A stretch of DNA of 32,000 bases, from contig NC_007614.1 in the NCBI RefSeq assembly GCF_000196355.1, positions 270,001 through 302,000 of the forward strand, written 5' to 3'. The notes under the pieces are model-generated. The model saw only the letters and a list, made by a program, of their open reading frames with translations. It ran no database searches and was not told where the DNA came from. Shown one piece after another: positions 1 through 8,541 of the stretch. The translations under genes were made by a program, and so were the position numbers. The stretch is from Nitrosospira multiformis ATCC 25196. Lineage in GTDB: Bacteria > Pseudomonadota > Gammaproteobacteria > Burkholderiales > Nitrosomonadaceae. Each line of letters starts with the position of its first letter. Within the stretch, counting starts at the first letter, position 1.

Positions 1-1420
1 GCTAAAAGCCATCGCAGCGCGAGGCCAAGCAATCTATGACGACCTTCTGGGCGGGCAAAGGCGCTTCGAGTTGGCACGCTACGATTCGCACGGATGGACA
101 AATCTGGGGTATCTCGCCGATCTTTCCGCGCTAATGGTTGGGACCCTACCGGTGGCTGATAACTGGTTTAATGATTCCTTCCGTTTTTATATTCATACCG
201 TGAGCCCATGGGGGGGCGAGGAAGGAGGGTGGGCGAACAGTTCGGCTTACGCCATATGGTCGCTTAACTTGGGTATCATTCCGCGCTGGGACTCGATTCG
301 GGCCGCGACGGGAATCAATATCTATAAGAAACCCTGGTCTCAGGGACTTCTCAAGTACTTTGTATATTTCGAGCCTCCCTCTTCACCCATCCAGCTTTTT
401 GGGGATGGCGCAGAGATGCCTCCCGACTTCAGCCAGATTAAGGGCTACGCTTCGCGGCAGGATAGTCCGCTGGCCGCGTGGTACTTTCTCAATATTGATA
501 AAAGAGAATATCCCCTACAGGTCTTGGAAGCCCCGATTCCTCTTCCGGTGGAAGGAATCAAACCTGAGCCACCTCGAGCAAATTCAATCGCTTTTCACGA
601 TATAGGATGGGTGGCGATGCATAGCGCAATAGTCGATCCATTGAGAACATCCGTTTATTTCCGGTCAAGCCCATACGCGGCGTTTGGCCACAGCCACGCC
701 GATAACAATTCTTTTGTCCTCGTATCCAGAGATGAGCCATTGCTGATCGCTAGCGGATACTACGACTGGGAAGGTTCTCCTCACTGGAAACAATGGTATT
801 GGCAAACCAAGGCTCACAATGCCATCACTTTTGATGGAGGAAAAGGTCAAGCAGAGAAAACAGGTTCGGGAAAGATGACTGCAAAGGGACAATTGACGGA
901 ATTCCAGAGTAACGGGAAAGTGGATTTCACGGAAGGAGATGCAACCCCGGCCTATGAGGGTGCCTTGCAACAGGCTAGAAGGCGTCTGTGGTACTTGCGG
1001 AATAAAAATGTGCTCATCATCCATGATTCCTTGCGCTCTGCCACTCCACGTCAGTTCGAGTGGAATATACATGCTCTCAACCCATTCGAGATCAAGGAAC
1101 CGGGATCAATCGAGGTCAAGCAGAAGGCCGCGCGCGCCTGTATCAACATGCTGCAGCCGCACGCCATTGAATTCGCGCAGAACAACAGATTTGACGCTCC
1201 TCCTCAAATACCTCCCTCGCGAAATGAAAATGACCAAGGTGGTGCACGCACGACCAATGATCAGTGGCATGGACGTTTCCAGACGAAAGAGCGAATGGCT
1301 GCCGTAGAGTTTCTGGCCGTAGTGGATATAGACTGTAAGAATATTCCGATAGAGATGGGAAATTTTGAAAGTAATCGGAAGATCAAGGTGGGGGACGAGA
1401 GCATTCATGTTGCCCGATAA
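1..1420 (+). CDS. Heparinase II/III-like polysaccharide lyase family protein; 5' end lies outside the window
   Basis: Frame 2 is open from nt 2 up to the TTG listed at 71 (LKAIAARGQAIYDDLLGGQRRFE...), so the gene enters from the left edge. The pattern FHDIGWVAMHS...AAFGHSHADNNSFVLV...ASGYYDW...TKAHNAITFDGGKGQ matches the heparinase II/III C-terminal signature (GHxHxD..SF ... HN..dG) as I recall it. Confidence 0.8.
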   Translation, partial: LKAIAARGQAIYDDLLGGQRRFELARYDSHGWTNLGYLADLSALMVGTLPVADNWFNDSFRFYIHTVSPWGGEEGGWANSSAYAIWSLNLGIIPRWDSIRAATGINIYKKPWSQGLLKYFVYFEPPSSPIQLFGDGAEMPPDFSQIKGYASRQDSPLAAWYFLNIDKREYPLQVLEAPIPLPVEGIKPEPPRANSIAFHDIGWVAMHSAIVDPLRTSVYFRSSPYAAFGHSHADNNSFVLVSRDEPLLIASGYYDWEGSPHWKQWYWQTKAHNAITFDGGKGQAEKTGSGKMTAKGQLTEFQSNGKVDFTEGDATPAYEGALQQARRRLWYLRNKNVLIIHDSLRSATPRQFEWNIHALNPFEIKEPGSIEVKQKAARACINMLQPHAIEFAQNNRFDAPPQIPPSRNENDQGGARTTNDQWHGRFQTKERMAAVEFLAVVDIDCKNIPIEMGNFESNRKIKVGDESIHVAR

Positions 1421-1672
1421 AGCAAGCAGTGTGAGCTACTGTTTTATCCCTGAGATAGATATCAAGCCTGTAGAAATGAAATTGCGGCAAACAGTACTGA
1501 CCTTTCTCCATGTATACATGCCCTATATCCTATCGGGGCTACCTTACTGTTGCAAATACACGAGACTTTGGGTAACGGAAAACCTCCTTAAATAGAGAAC
1601 TGGTAAGATTTATGCTTGAGAAATAGTGCTCTAATCAAGAGGCAGCATTGAGCAATCCAAAATGGAGGCAAA

Positions 1673-2494
1673 ATGCAGAATCCCCGTAGAATTTGCGTGG
1701 CTGATCCTAATCATCGCTTAAGTCAAAAAAGATTTACCAGAAATTCCAGAGACATATTTATTTGTCCTGATTGTGGCTGCATCATGGCTGATGTTGACTT
1801 CGATCATGATCAATATGAGTCTGGAGATTACTATACCATGCAGCATAAAACAGTACAAAGTATCGAGGAAGTATGGGGATTCAGATGGCGCTATATTCTA
1901 GATCAGATTTTGAAAATTAATGGGCGTTCATCCTTGCTCGATGTGGGTGCGGGCAATGGATATTTTGTGGCTTTAGCTTCGAGAGAATTTTCTTTTGATG
2001 CGAGCGGATTAGAAATATCGCAAGAAGAAGTCCAATTTGCTGCGGACGTCTTAAACATCGGGCTTATTAGAGAAGATCTTACTCAACATAATCTCGACTA
2101 TGACGTAGTTACTTGTCTGAATGTATTGGAACACGTAGTAGATCCTCAACTGTTTTTATCCCATCTGGTAAACCGGGTTAAGCCTGGTGGGCTTCTGGTT
2201 ATTACTACACCTAATCCCGCTTGTATTCATCGAAAGGTAAAGGGATTAAAAAACTGGAATATGATAGCGCCTCCCCATCATATTAATCTTTTTACAAAAG
2301 AATCCCTGTACATTCTCTTGATGCGCTACGGCCTAATACAACTCGATTACCAAACGATAAGTACTTATGTGAACTTTGTAAGAGGATTTGACACCGAGAA
2401 TCTCCTTCTCAGACGATTATTTTTCAATTTGCTAAAGATATTCGATCTCGGCGCTGATCATTTTTTCATTGTTAAAAAGCCATCTCAATGTTAG
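1673..2494 (+). CDS. Class I SAM-dependent methyltransferase
   Basis: SAM-binding motif I LLDVGAGNGYF, followed by VVTCLNVLEHV and GGLLVITTPN. N-terminal CPDCGC element. GGAGG Shine-Dalgarno 6 nt upstream of the ATG. The gene is markedly AT-rich compared with its neighbours. Confidence 0.8.
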   Translation: MQNPRRICVADPNHRLSQKRFTRNSRDIFICPDCGCIMADVDFDHDQYESGDYYTMQHKTVQSIEEVWGFRWRYILDQILKINGRSSLLDVGAGNGYFVALASREFSFDASGLEISQEEVQFAADVLNIGLIREDLTQHNLDYDVVTCLNVLEHVVDPQLFLSHLVNRVKPGGLLVITTPNPACIHRKVKGLKNWNMIAPPHHINLFTKESLYILLMRYGLIQLDYQTISTYVNFVRGFDTENLLLRRLFFNLLKIFDLGADHFFIVKKPSQC

Positions 2495-3009
2495 CGGAAA
2501 GTTAAATTCTATTTGTAAGAATTCTTCTAAGTAGAGGAAGGTATTAATAATTCTAAAAAGAAGCAAATGCGATTGAATCAGATTCGATTGGCCCTCCGCT
2601 ACAGGATATGTACGTTGTATCGTGATTTCTGGTTATGCCACTTTCGTGCTGAAAACCGCTGAGGCACGAAACAGAAAATGCGCTCATCAGGTGTCCCTCA
2701 AAAGGCTCGCCGTCCTCTTCTTCGTGGAGATCATGTGATTTCCCGTAGCGTGATTGCCCACCTTTCTGGTTCTCCAACTTCGCAAACTGTCAGTTTACGG
2801 TTGTTCAGACGCTATCTTAACCCGGGATTTTACTATATAGGTGGAATGGAACGATTTGCGTAAGGAGTAATAGAAGTAATCGGGGTGGCATCCCCACTTA
2901 TTCGCCGATTTCGGAAATTGTTGTACCCAAACTATTCAAAATGTGAATTGGAATAGTTTGACCCCTTGGTGAATCAAAACTTAAGTCTTAAATAAAGAAG
3001 ATCTCTTAA

Positions 3010-4110
3010 ATGAATAAAGGAAAGATATCTCTTATGCTCGGAACGGACTCAACTGGCAGGGGAGGTATAGCATCTGTCGTTACCTTACTGCAGGAAGAGG
3101 GCTTTCTCGATCAGCAAAATGTCAAATACATTACTTCACACCGGGAGGGAACACACTTTAAAAAGTTAGCAATCATGTTTTCCGCTACTGGCAAAGTGCT
3201 GTGGTATTGCATGTTTGCCAAACCAGCCATCGTTCACGTCCACTCGGCCTCAGGTGCAAGTTTTATCAGAAAATCGATTTTTCTTGCTGTCGCCAGATTG
3301 TTCCGCTGCCAGACAGTTTTTCATTTGCACGGAGGTCGGTTTCCTCATTTTGCTTCAGAGGAATCGGGAGTACTGCTGAAATGGTGGATTCGGCGGACTC
3401 TTGAGAGGAGTTCCACAGTTATTGCATTATCAGAAAGCTGGGCAGCTTTTCTCTCAACCTGCGCCCCTGCGGCCGCTATCCAGATTGTTCCCAATTCTGT
3501 CAGGCTTGCTAAGATATCTTCAAAACAGAGGGGGGAGGCCGGGCGGATACTGTTCTTGGGGCACGTGGGAAAGGGGAAAGGAATATTCGAACTGTTAAAG
3601 GCTTTATCCCTACTGAAGGATTCACTGCCGTATATCAGGTTAGTTGTTTGCGGAGATGGATGCCTTGATTCTGTGCAAAAGATGGCAGATGAACTGGGCA
3701 TTGCCTCCAATGTGGAGTTTCGTGGCTGGGTGGATGCAAGTCAAAAAGCGGAAGAACTCGCTCGTGCATCGGTTTTCGTGCTTCCCTCTCATGATGAAGG
3801 TCTGCCAATGGCTATGCTTGAAGCAATGGCGGCTGAACGGGCGATTATTGTAACTCCCGTGGGGGGGATACCAGAAGTGATCAGGGATAGAGAAAATGGC
3901 TTACTCGTTCCGCCCCGAGATGCCGATGCTCTGGCACAGGCTTTAAAGGAGGTACTGGAAAACCCTCTTCTCCGCCAGATGCTGGCAGAAAATGCGCTTA
4001 GAACGATTGAAAGCCGGTTTAGCACTCCTGTTATCCTGGGTCAACTTTCTCTACTTTATGAGCGGTTACGAGGAGGCAGCAGGGGGGAAGTAGTTGCATT
4101 CATAAAATGA
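3010..4110 (+). CDS. Glycosyltransferase family 4 (GT-B, retaining type)
   Basis: C-terminal EX7E-type motif SHDEGLPMAMLEAMAAERAIIVTPVGGIPEVI and N-terminal GGIASVV, both typical of the GT4/Glycos_transf_1 family. An alternative start at ATG 3034 is possible. Confidence 0.85.
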   Translation: MNKGKISLMLGTDSTGRGGIASVVTLLQEEGFLDQQNVKYITSHREGTHFKKLAIMFSATGKVLWYCMFAKPAIVHVHSASGASFIRKSIFLAVARLFRCQTVFHLHGGRFPHFASEESGVLLKWWIRRTLERSSTVIALSESWAAFLSTCAPAAAIQIVPNSVRLAKISSKQRGEAGRILFLGHVGKGKGIFELLKALSLLKDSLPYIRLVVCGDGCLDSVQKMADELGIASNVEFRGWVDASQKAEELARASVFVLPSHDEGLPMAMLEAMAAERAIIVTPVGGIPEVIRDRENGLLVPPRDADALAQALKEVLENPLLRQMLAENALRTIESRFSTPVILGQLSLLYERLRGGSRGEVVAFIK

Positions 4111-4496
4111 CATCGAGTCTTGGCTTGCCAGAGCGTAGCAGAGGATGTCCTTAGTAAATAAATTCGGTAAGAACAATTCCCGGCGTCTAGCAATGAATCG
4201 ATTTCAATAGCGGGCTCGTTAACTGCAACCGATCAGGGGAGCGCCGTTTGAATGCTAATCGGCTAGCTTTTGTGAGCATCCAAGGGCTGGCTATCCAAGA
4301 GTCTTTTTACATCCATCATGGATTTCAAAATATGGGAGTTTACGCGCAGCCGCTAGAATTTACATGATATGCTTGAAGCATATTGTTTCAAAATAGTTTT
4401 ATCGATCAAACCGAGAATATACAGAAAGTCTTACTAAAACCTTCTCAATGAAGAACCGAAGTTAATTTGGAAGCTAGCAGATAGAGGTGATCCAAC

Positions 4497-5330
4497 ATGA
4501 ACAAAGTCTTTGCACCGTTGAAGCGAATTTCAGTATCCGTGGGGAAGAGGCTTGCCCCAGATGCTTACGCTCTATTCAAGTTCAAATCCCTGGGTCGTGA
4601 TTTTCACGAACCTGAACTTCGATTGCTGCCGTATCTTTGTGATTCTCGGAAGACATCGCTCGATATCGGAGCATCTGAAGGCTTATACATGGCGCACCTG
4701 CTCAAGCTTTCCGCATACTGTATTGCCTTTGAGGCGCGGCCTGGGCAGGCGGCTCGCTTAAAGTCCATACTTACGCGCGTAACGCATCGTGCATCTGTTG
4801 AATCCGTAGCGCTTTCTGATTCGACGGGCGAGACCAAACTCAGGACTCTTGTGGAAGACCCGGGCCGTAGCACGATCGAGATAAGTAATCTCCTTGAAGA
4901 TGAAGACGGTAGCAATTTGACCGAAGTGACTGTTCCAGTTCGCAGACTGGATGATTATGCGCTCGACAATGTCGGCTTCGCAAAAATTGATGTGGAAGGG
5001 CACGAGCTTGCGGTATTGAAGGGGGGTGAGGATACAGTGCGCAGGCATCGTCCCTCACTTCTTATTGAGATTGAGGATCGCCACAGAAAAAACGCGATTA
5101 GAGACGTAACCGATTTTCTTGCGGATCTCGATTATTCTGGTTTTTTCATTTTGAATGATCTGGTGCGCCCGTTAAACGAATTTGACAGGGAACTGCATCA
5201 AGACAGTAGAAACATCGGCGGCTGGAAGAGTCATTGGGAAAGAAAAGGGGTTTATATTAACAATTTCATTTTCGTGCCTTCAGAAAAGCGACAAGAGTTC
5301 ACTCGGTTTGTTCTGCGTGAAAAATGGTAA
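4497..5330 (+). CDS. FkbM-family methyltransferase
   Basis: SLDIGASEGLY (SAM-binding loop) and FAKIDVEGHELAVLKG are characteristic of the FkbM family. GAGGTGAT Shine-Dalgarno upstream. Confidence 0.75.
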   Translation: MNKVFAPLKRISVSVGKRLAPDAYALFKFKSLGRDFHEPELRLLPYLCDSRKTSLDIGASEGLYMAHLLKLSAYCIAFEARPGQAARLKSILTRVTHRASVESVALSDSTGETKLRTLVEDPGRSTIEISNLLEDEDGSNLTEVTVPVRRLDDYALDNVGFAKIDVEGHELAVLKGGEDTVRRHRPSLLIEIEDRHRKNAIRDVTDFLADLDYSGFFILNDLVRPLNEFDRELHQDSRNIGGWKSHWERKGVYINNFIFVPSEKRQEFTRFVLREKW

Positions 5331-5474
5331 GGAAATGATGAGCGAAGTTTCCTGTCAAGCTCAATTTGCCCCACAGTCCGAAGCTTATGATGGGTGAATC
5401 AGCTGTTGAAGTTGAAACTAGTTTGTCCGAGCCTGAAGGCGATGACTCCAAATGAATAAAACATGGTTTAGGAT

Positions 5475-6497
5475 ATGCGAATCTGGTTCGAACTCACGAA
5501 TTCACCTCATGTGAACATGTTCGCGGCAATGATCCGCGACCTTGAACAAGATCATGAAATAATCATCACTTCGCGGCCGCTGGCAAACACGATTGATTTG
5601 CTGGACCTTCATGGATTCAAGCATGAAGTGGTGGGACTTCATTACGGTGGCAGATTGACCGCCAAACTGCTGGGCTTCCCAGTGCGGGTGATGCAACTGC
5701 GGCAATTTCTGGCCAAACGGCAGATAGACGTTGCTATCTCTCAGAGTTCGTTCCATTCCCCGGGTGTTTCCCGTTTGCTGGGTGTGCCTTCTATTTATAT
5801 GAATGATAATGAGCATGCGCTGGGAAATATTCCAGCCTTTATCTGCGCAAGCAAGATCATGGTGCCCGAATTCCTGAGCTTAGGGAAATTGAAGAAGCAG
5901 GGAGCCAATCCTCGGAAAGTGATCCATTATCCTGGCGTAAAAGAGGGCATCTATCTATGGGAACTGGATGCGCGCTTGTCAAAGGAGGGAGGTTGGCAAA
6001 GAAAGGCTAAATCGCGCAAAGTCGTCTATGTCCGCCCCGAGCCCTGGACTGCCCAATATTACAAGGGAAAACGAAATTTTCTCGACGATCTTCTGCTGGG
6101 TATGCAGGATCATGTGGACGTTGTGTTGCTGCCACGGGGTAAGGAACAGAGCATTCACTACCAGAAACCTCAGTTCTCGCGCATACGTGTGGTAGCCACC
6201 GCGCTTGATATCGCGGATATTGCTCCTGATTGCGACCTTTTCATAGGAGCAGGCGGGACGATGACCCGTGAAATGGCAGTACTTGGCATTCCAACCATTT
6301 CTGTCTACCAGGATGAGTTACTGGATGTAGATCGCTATTTGCTGAAGGTGGGAGCATTTGCACACAAACCCGAACTGATGGTTGAGGACGCCTTGCGCTA
6401 CCTGGAACTGACTGAAAGCCGTCCGCCGAATCGCGAACTGCTTGAAAAAGGGAAAACGGCTTACGATATGATCAAAAATGAAGTTCTGAACAGTTAA
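5475..6497 (+). CDS. DUF354-family protein (GT-B / 2-epimerase-like fold, function unknown)
   Basis: N-terminus MRIWFELTNSPHVNMF...IIITSRP...DLLDLHG...GVPSIYMNDNEH follows the DUF354 pattern (MKIWIDITN.PHV.FF ... NDNEH) as I recall it. No search was run. Confidence 0.65.
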   Translation: MRIWFELTNSPHVNMFAAMIRDLEQDHEIIITSRPLANTIDLLDLHGFKHEVVGLHYGGRLTAKLLGFPVRVMQLRQFLAKRQIDVAISQSSFHSPGVSRLLGVPSIYMNDNEHALGNIPAFICASKIMVPEFLSLGKLKKQGANPRKVIHYPGVKEGIYLWELDARLSKEGGWQRKAKSRKVVYVRPEPWTAQYYKGKRNFLDDLLLGMQDHVDVVLLPRGKEQSIHYQKPQFSRIRVVATALDIADIAPDCDLFIGAGGTMTREMAVLGIPTISVYQDELLDVDRYLLKVGAFAHKPELMVEDALRYLELTESRPPNRELLEKGKTAYDMIKNEVLNS

Positions 6498-6519
6498 TTT
6501 TTGCTTGGGAGTAATTACT

Positions 6520-7626
6520 ATGGTGCGTCTCGCAGTGGTAGGTTTGGGCAAAATGGGTTTATCGCATTACGCCATGATCAACGCCCATCCGGATGTGAAA
6601 GTCGAAGCGGTATGCGACTCGACCGGTTACGTTCTGGATGTTCTCAACAAATACACCGGCGTTCGCACTTATACGGATTTCGATGTCATGTTGCGCGATA
6701 TCGAGTTGGATGCGGTAATCATCGCTACCCCTTCCCGTTCGCACGGGCAGATGGTCGAGGTGGCGCTCAATGAAAATCTCCACGTTTTTTGCGAGAAGCC
6801 CTTTTGCCTCGATATAACAGAAGGTGAGAGACTTGCCCGCATCGCAGCCGAGAGGGGCCTGGTCAATCAGGTGGGTTACCACAACCGCTTTGTAGGGGCC
6901 TTTCAGGAAGTGAAGCGCTTGCTCGATGCAGGGGCAATCGGTGCTGTCACGCATGTGCTGGCCGAGGCGTATGGCCCGGTTGTGCTCAAACCCAAGGGTT
7001 CCACCTGGCGCACCCAGCGCACCGAGGGGGGCGGATGCCTGTACGATTACGCGGCCCATCCGATCAACCTCGTAAATTGGTACCTCGGCGCGCCTCAAAG
7101 CGTGGGGGGGTCGGTATTGAATAAAATTTTCTCCAAAGACACGGAAGATGAGGTATTCAGTACGTTGTATTACGAGGAGGGAAAGAGTGTCCAGATCTCG
7201 GTGAACTGGAGCGATGAATCCTACCGCAAGATGACTACAAAAGTGACTATCTGGGGAACTCAGGGGCGCATATACGCTGATCGCCAGGAATGCCAGGTGT
7301 ATATCCGCGATGGCGTGAATATTCCTGCTGGGTATCAGCGAGGATGGAACGTGCGTTATACGACAGATTTGACTGAAGCGGTATGGTTTTATCTGCGCGG
7401 CGAGGAATACTCGGCGCAGCTGGATTACTTTGTGCGCTGTATCGAAGAGAAGGAGGGGGGTGGCAATATCAATTCCTTCGAAGAAGCCGTGATAACGGAT
7501 CGGGTGATGTCAATGATGGTTGCCGATGCAGAAAAGCGCCCTCCCGTTACATCTGGCATCGCGCCCCGGCAGGCGCCGGGAAAGAAGTTCGGCCTGCTAT
7601 TTGGCGGTCGCAAGGCAGTGAGCTAA
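6520..7626 (+). CDS. Gfo/Idh/MocA-family NAD(P)-dependent oxidoreductase (sugar or nucleotide-sugar dehydrogenase type)
   Basis: Rossmann N-terminus MVRLAVVGLGKMGLSH and the EKP motif VFCEKPF. I prefer the ATG at 6520 to the TTG at 6505 given in the ORF track. Confidence 0.8.
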   Translation: MVRLAVVGLGKMGLSHYAMINAHPDVKVEAVCDSTGYVLDVLNKYTGVRTYTDFDVMLRDIELDAVIIATPSRSHGQMVEVALNENLHVFCEKPFCLDITEGERLARIAAERGLVNQVGYHNRFVGAFQEVKRLLDAGAIGAVTHVLAEAYGPVVLKPKGSTWRTQRTEGGGCLYDYAAHPINLVNWYLGAPQSVGGSVLNKIFSKDTEDEVFSTLYYEEGKSVQISVNWSDESYRKMTTKVTIWGTQGRIYADRQECQVYIRDGVNIPAGYQRGWNVRYTTDLTEAVWFYLRGEEYSAQLDYFVRCIEEKEGGGNINSFEEAVITDRVMSMMVADAEKRPPVTSGIAPRQAPGKKFGLLFGGRKAVS

Positions 7627-7656
7627 CGCAGCCACTCATTTCAGGGAAGAGATAAT

Positions 7657-8523
7657 ATGGACCGTTTGTTGTTTGGCGACAATCAGTTTTTTGGGGTCAA
7701 CCATATGTCGGAAGAGAAGGCGCGCGCGCAGATGATGCGCTTTCAGGATCTGACGGCAGTCATCGATGTACTGGATAACGCATATGATGAAGGCGTCACT
7801 TCTTTCATGTGTACTACCCATGATCGCATCGCGATGGTCTGTGATCACATGCGATCGAATCCGCAGCGTTACAAGGACTTCCAGTTTTTGCCGTGCATGC
7901 CCTACGCCCACAAATATGCGAATGCAGTCACCGAGGATGGGATGATAGGCGCACTGAAGCGCTTCCTTCCGGAAGAAGGCATCGTCAATGCTGCGCTACG
8001 CGGGGGAATGTCTCTGGCAAGAAAGGATATCGAAGGGATTACCACTTTATTGGTGGATGCAGAAATGAAAATGTTTGCGGGTTTGAATACCCCCGTGATC
8101 TTCCTCCAGAACGTTGTAGTCGATCTGCTGCTGGGTCTCGACTTCAAAGCAGCTTTTCGTATTTTTGCCGATCATATCAAGTCTCGCTATAACGCCGAAC
8201 CCGGCTTCATTACAATGAACATGCCGAAGTTGCTGGATGCGCTCGAGGAGGTGGGTATCGAGAATCCGATCGTGTGTGCCAACATCAACAAGATCGGGTT
8301 TCGCATGTGCGGCGGTTTCGAGGCTTATGAGCGGGCGCTGGATGAGAAGAAGTTCCGGGCCATTGCAATGTCGGTATTCGCGTCTGGCGCGGTTCCACCC
8401 AGGGAGGCAATCGAGTGGGTGTGTCAGCAGCCAAACATACAGGCGATCGTTTTCGGGGCTTCGAGCAAGACAAATATCCGGAATACAAAATCCTTGGTAG
8501 AGGAATTCTGGCGTATCAATTAG
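7657..8523 (+). CDS. Conserved-looking hypothetical protein (288 aa), family not recognised
   Basis: Clean ORF with a GGGAAGAG Shine-Dalgarno, 30 nt after the upstream stop and 18 nt before the next gene. Its composition looks like a soluble enzyme. The N-terminus (FGDNQFFGVNHMSEEKA...VLDNAYDEGVTSFMCTTHDR) loosely recalls aldo-keto-reductase-type TIM barrels, but that is only an impression. Confidence 0.6.
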   Translation: MDRLLFGDNQFFGVNHMSEEKARAQMMRFQDLTAVIDVLDNAYDEGVTSFMCTTHDRIAMVCDHMRSNPQRYKDFQFLPCMPYAHKYANAVTEDGMIGALKRFLPEEGIVNAALRGGMSLARKDIEGITTLLVDAEMKMFAGLNTPVIFLQNVVVDLLLGLDFKAAFRIFADHIKSRYNAEPGFITMNMPKLLDALEEVGIENPIVCANINKIGFRMCGGFEAYERALDEKKFRAIAMSVFASGAVPPREAIEWVCQQPNIQAIVFGASSKTNIRNTKSLVEEFWRIN

Positions 8524-8541
8524 TTTTTTTTTGGAGCAGGG

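Noticed and set aside
2553-2863. Two overlapping small ORFs (74 aa on the minus strand, 61 aa on the plus strand) in the AT-rich spacer after the methyltransferase.
   Set aside because: They have no motifs or start signals and overlap each other on opposite strands. They may be debris of an older gene, but I cannot support either as a feature.
6559-7098. Long antisense ORFs inside recognised genes. Besides this one, examples are 12314-12811, 13112-13582, 17845-18378, 18472-18954, 22435-22875 and 22933-23370.
   Set aside because: Each lies opposite a gene carrying unambiguous family motifs. None has a recognisable motif or a ribosome-binding site.
8524-8532. A T9 homopolymer between the stop of the 288-aa gene and the Shine-Dalgarno of the lyase-like PEP-CTERM gene. 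It was considered as a possible slippage or phase-variation tract.
   Set aside because: It lies upstream of the Shine-Dalgarno, so length changes would alter neither the reading frame nor the SD-ATG spacing. There is no evidence of variation from a single sequence.
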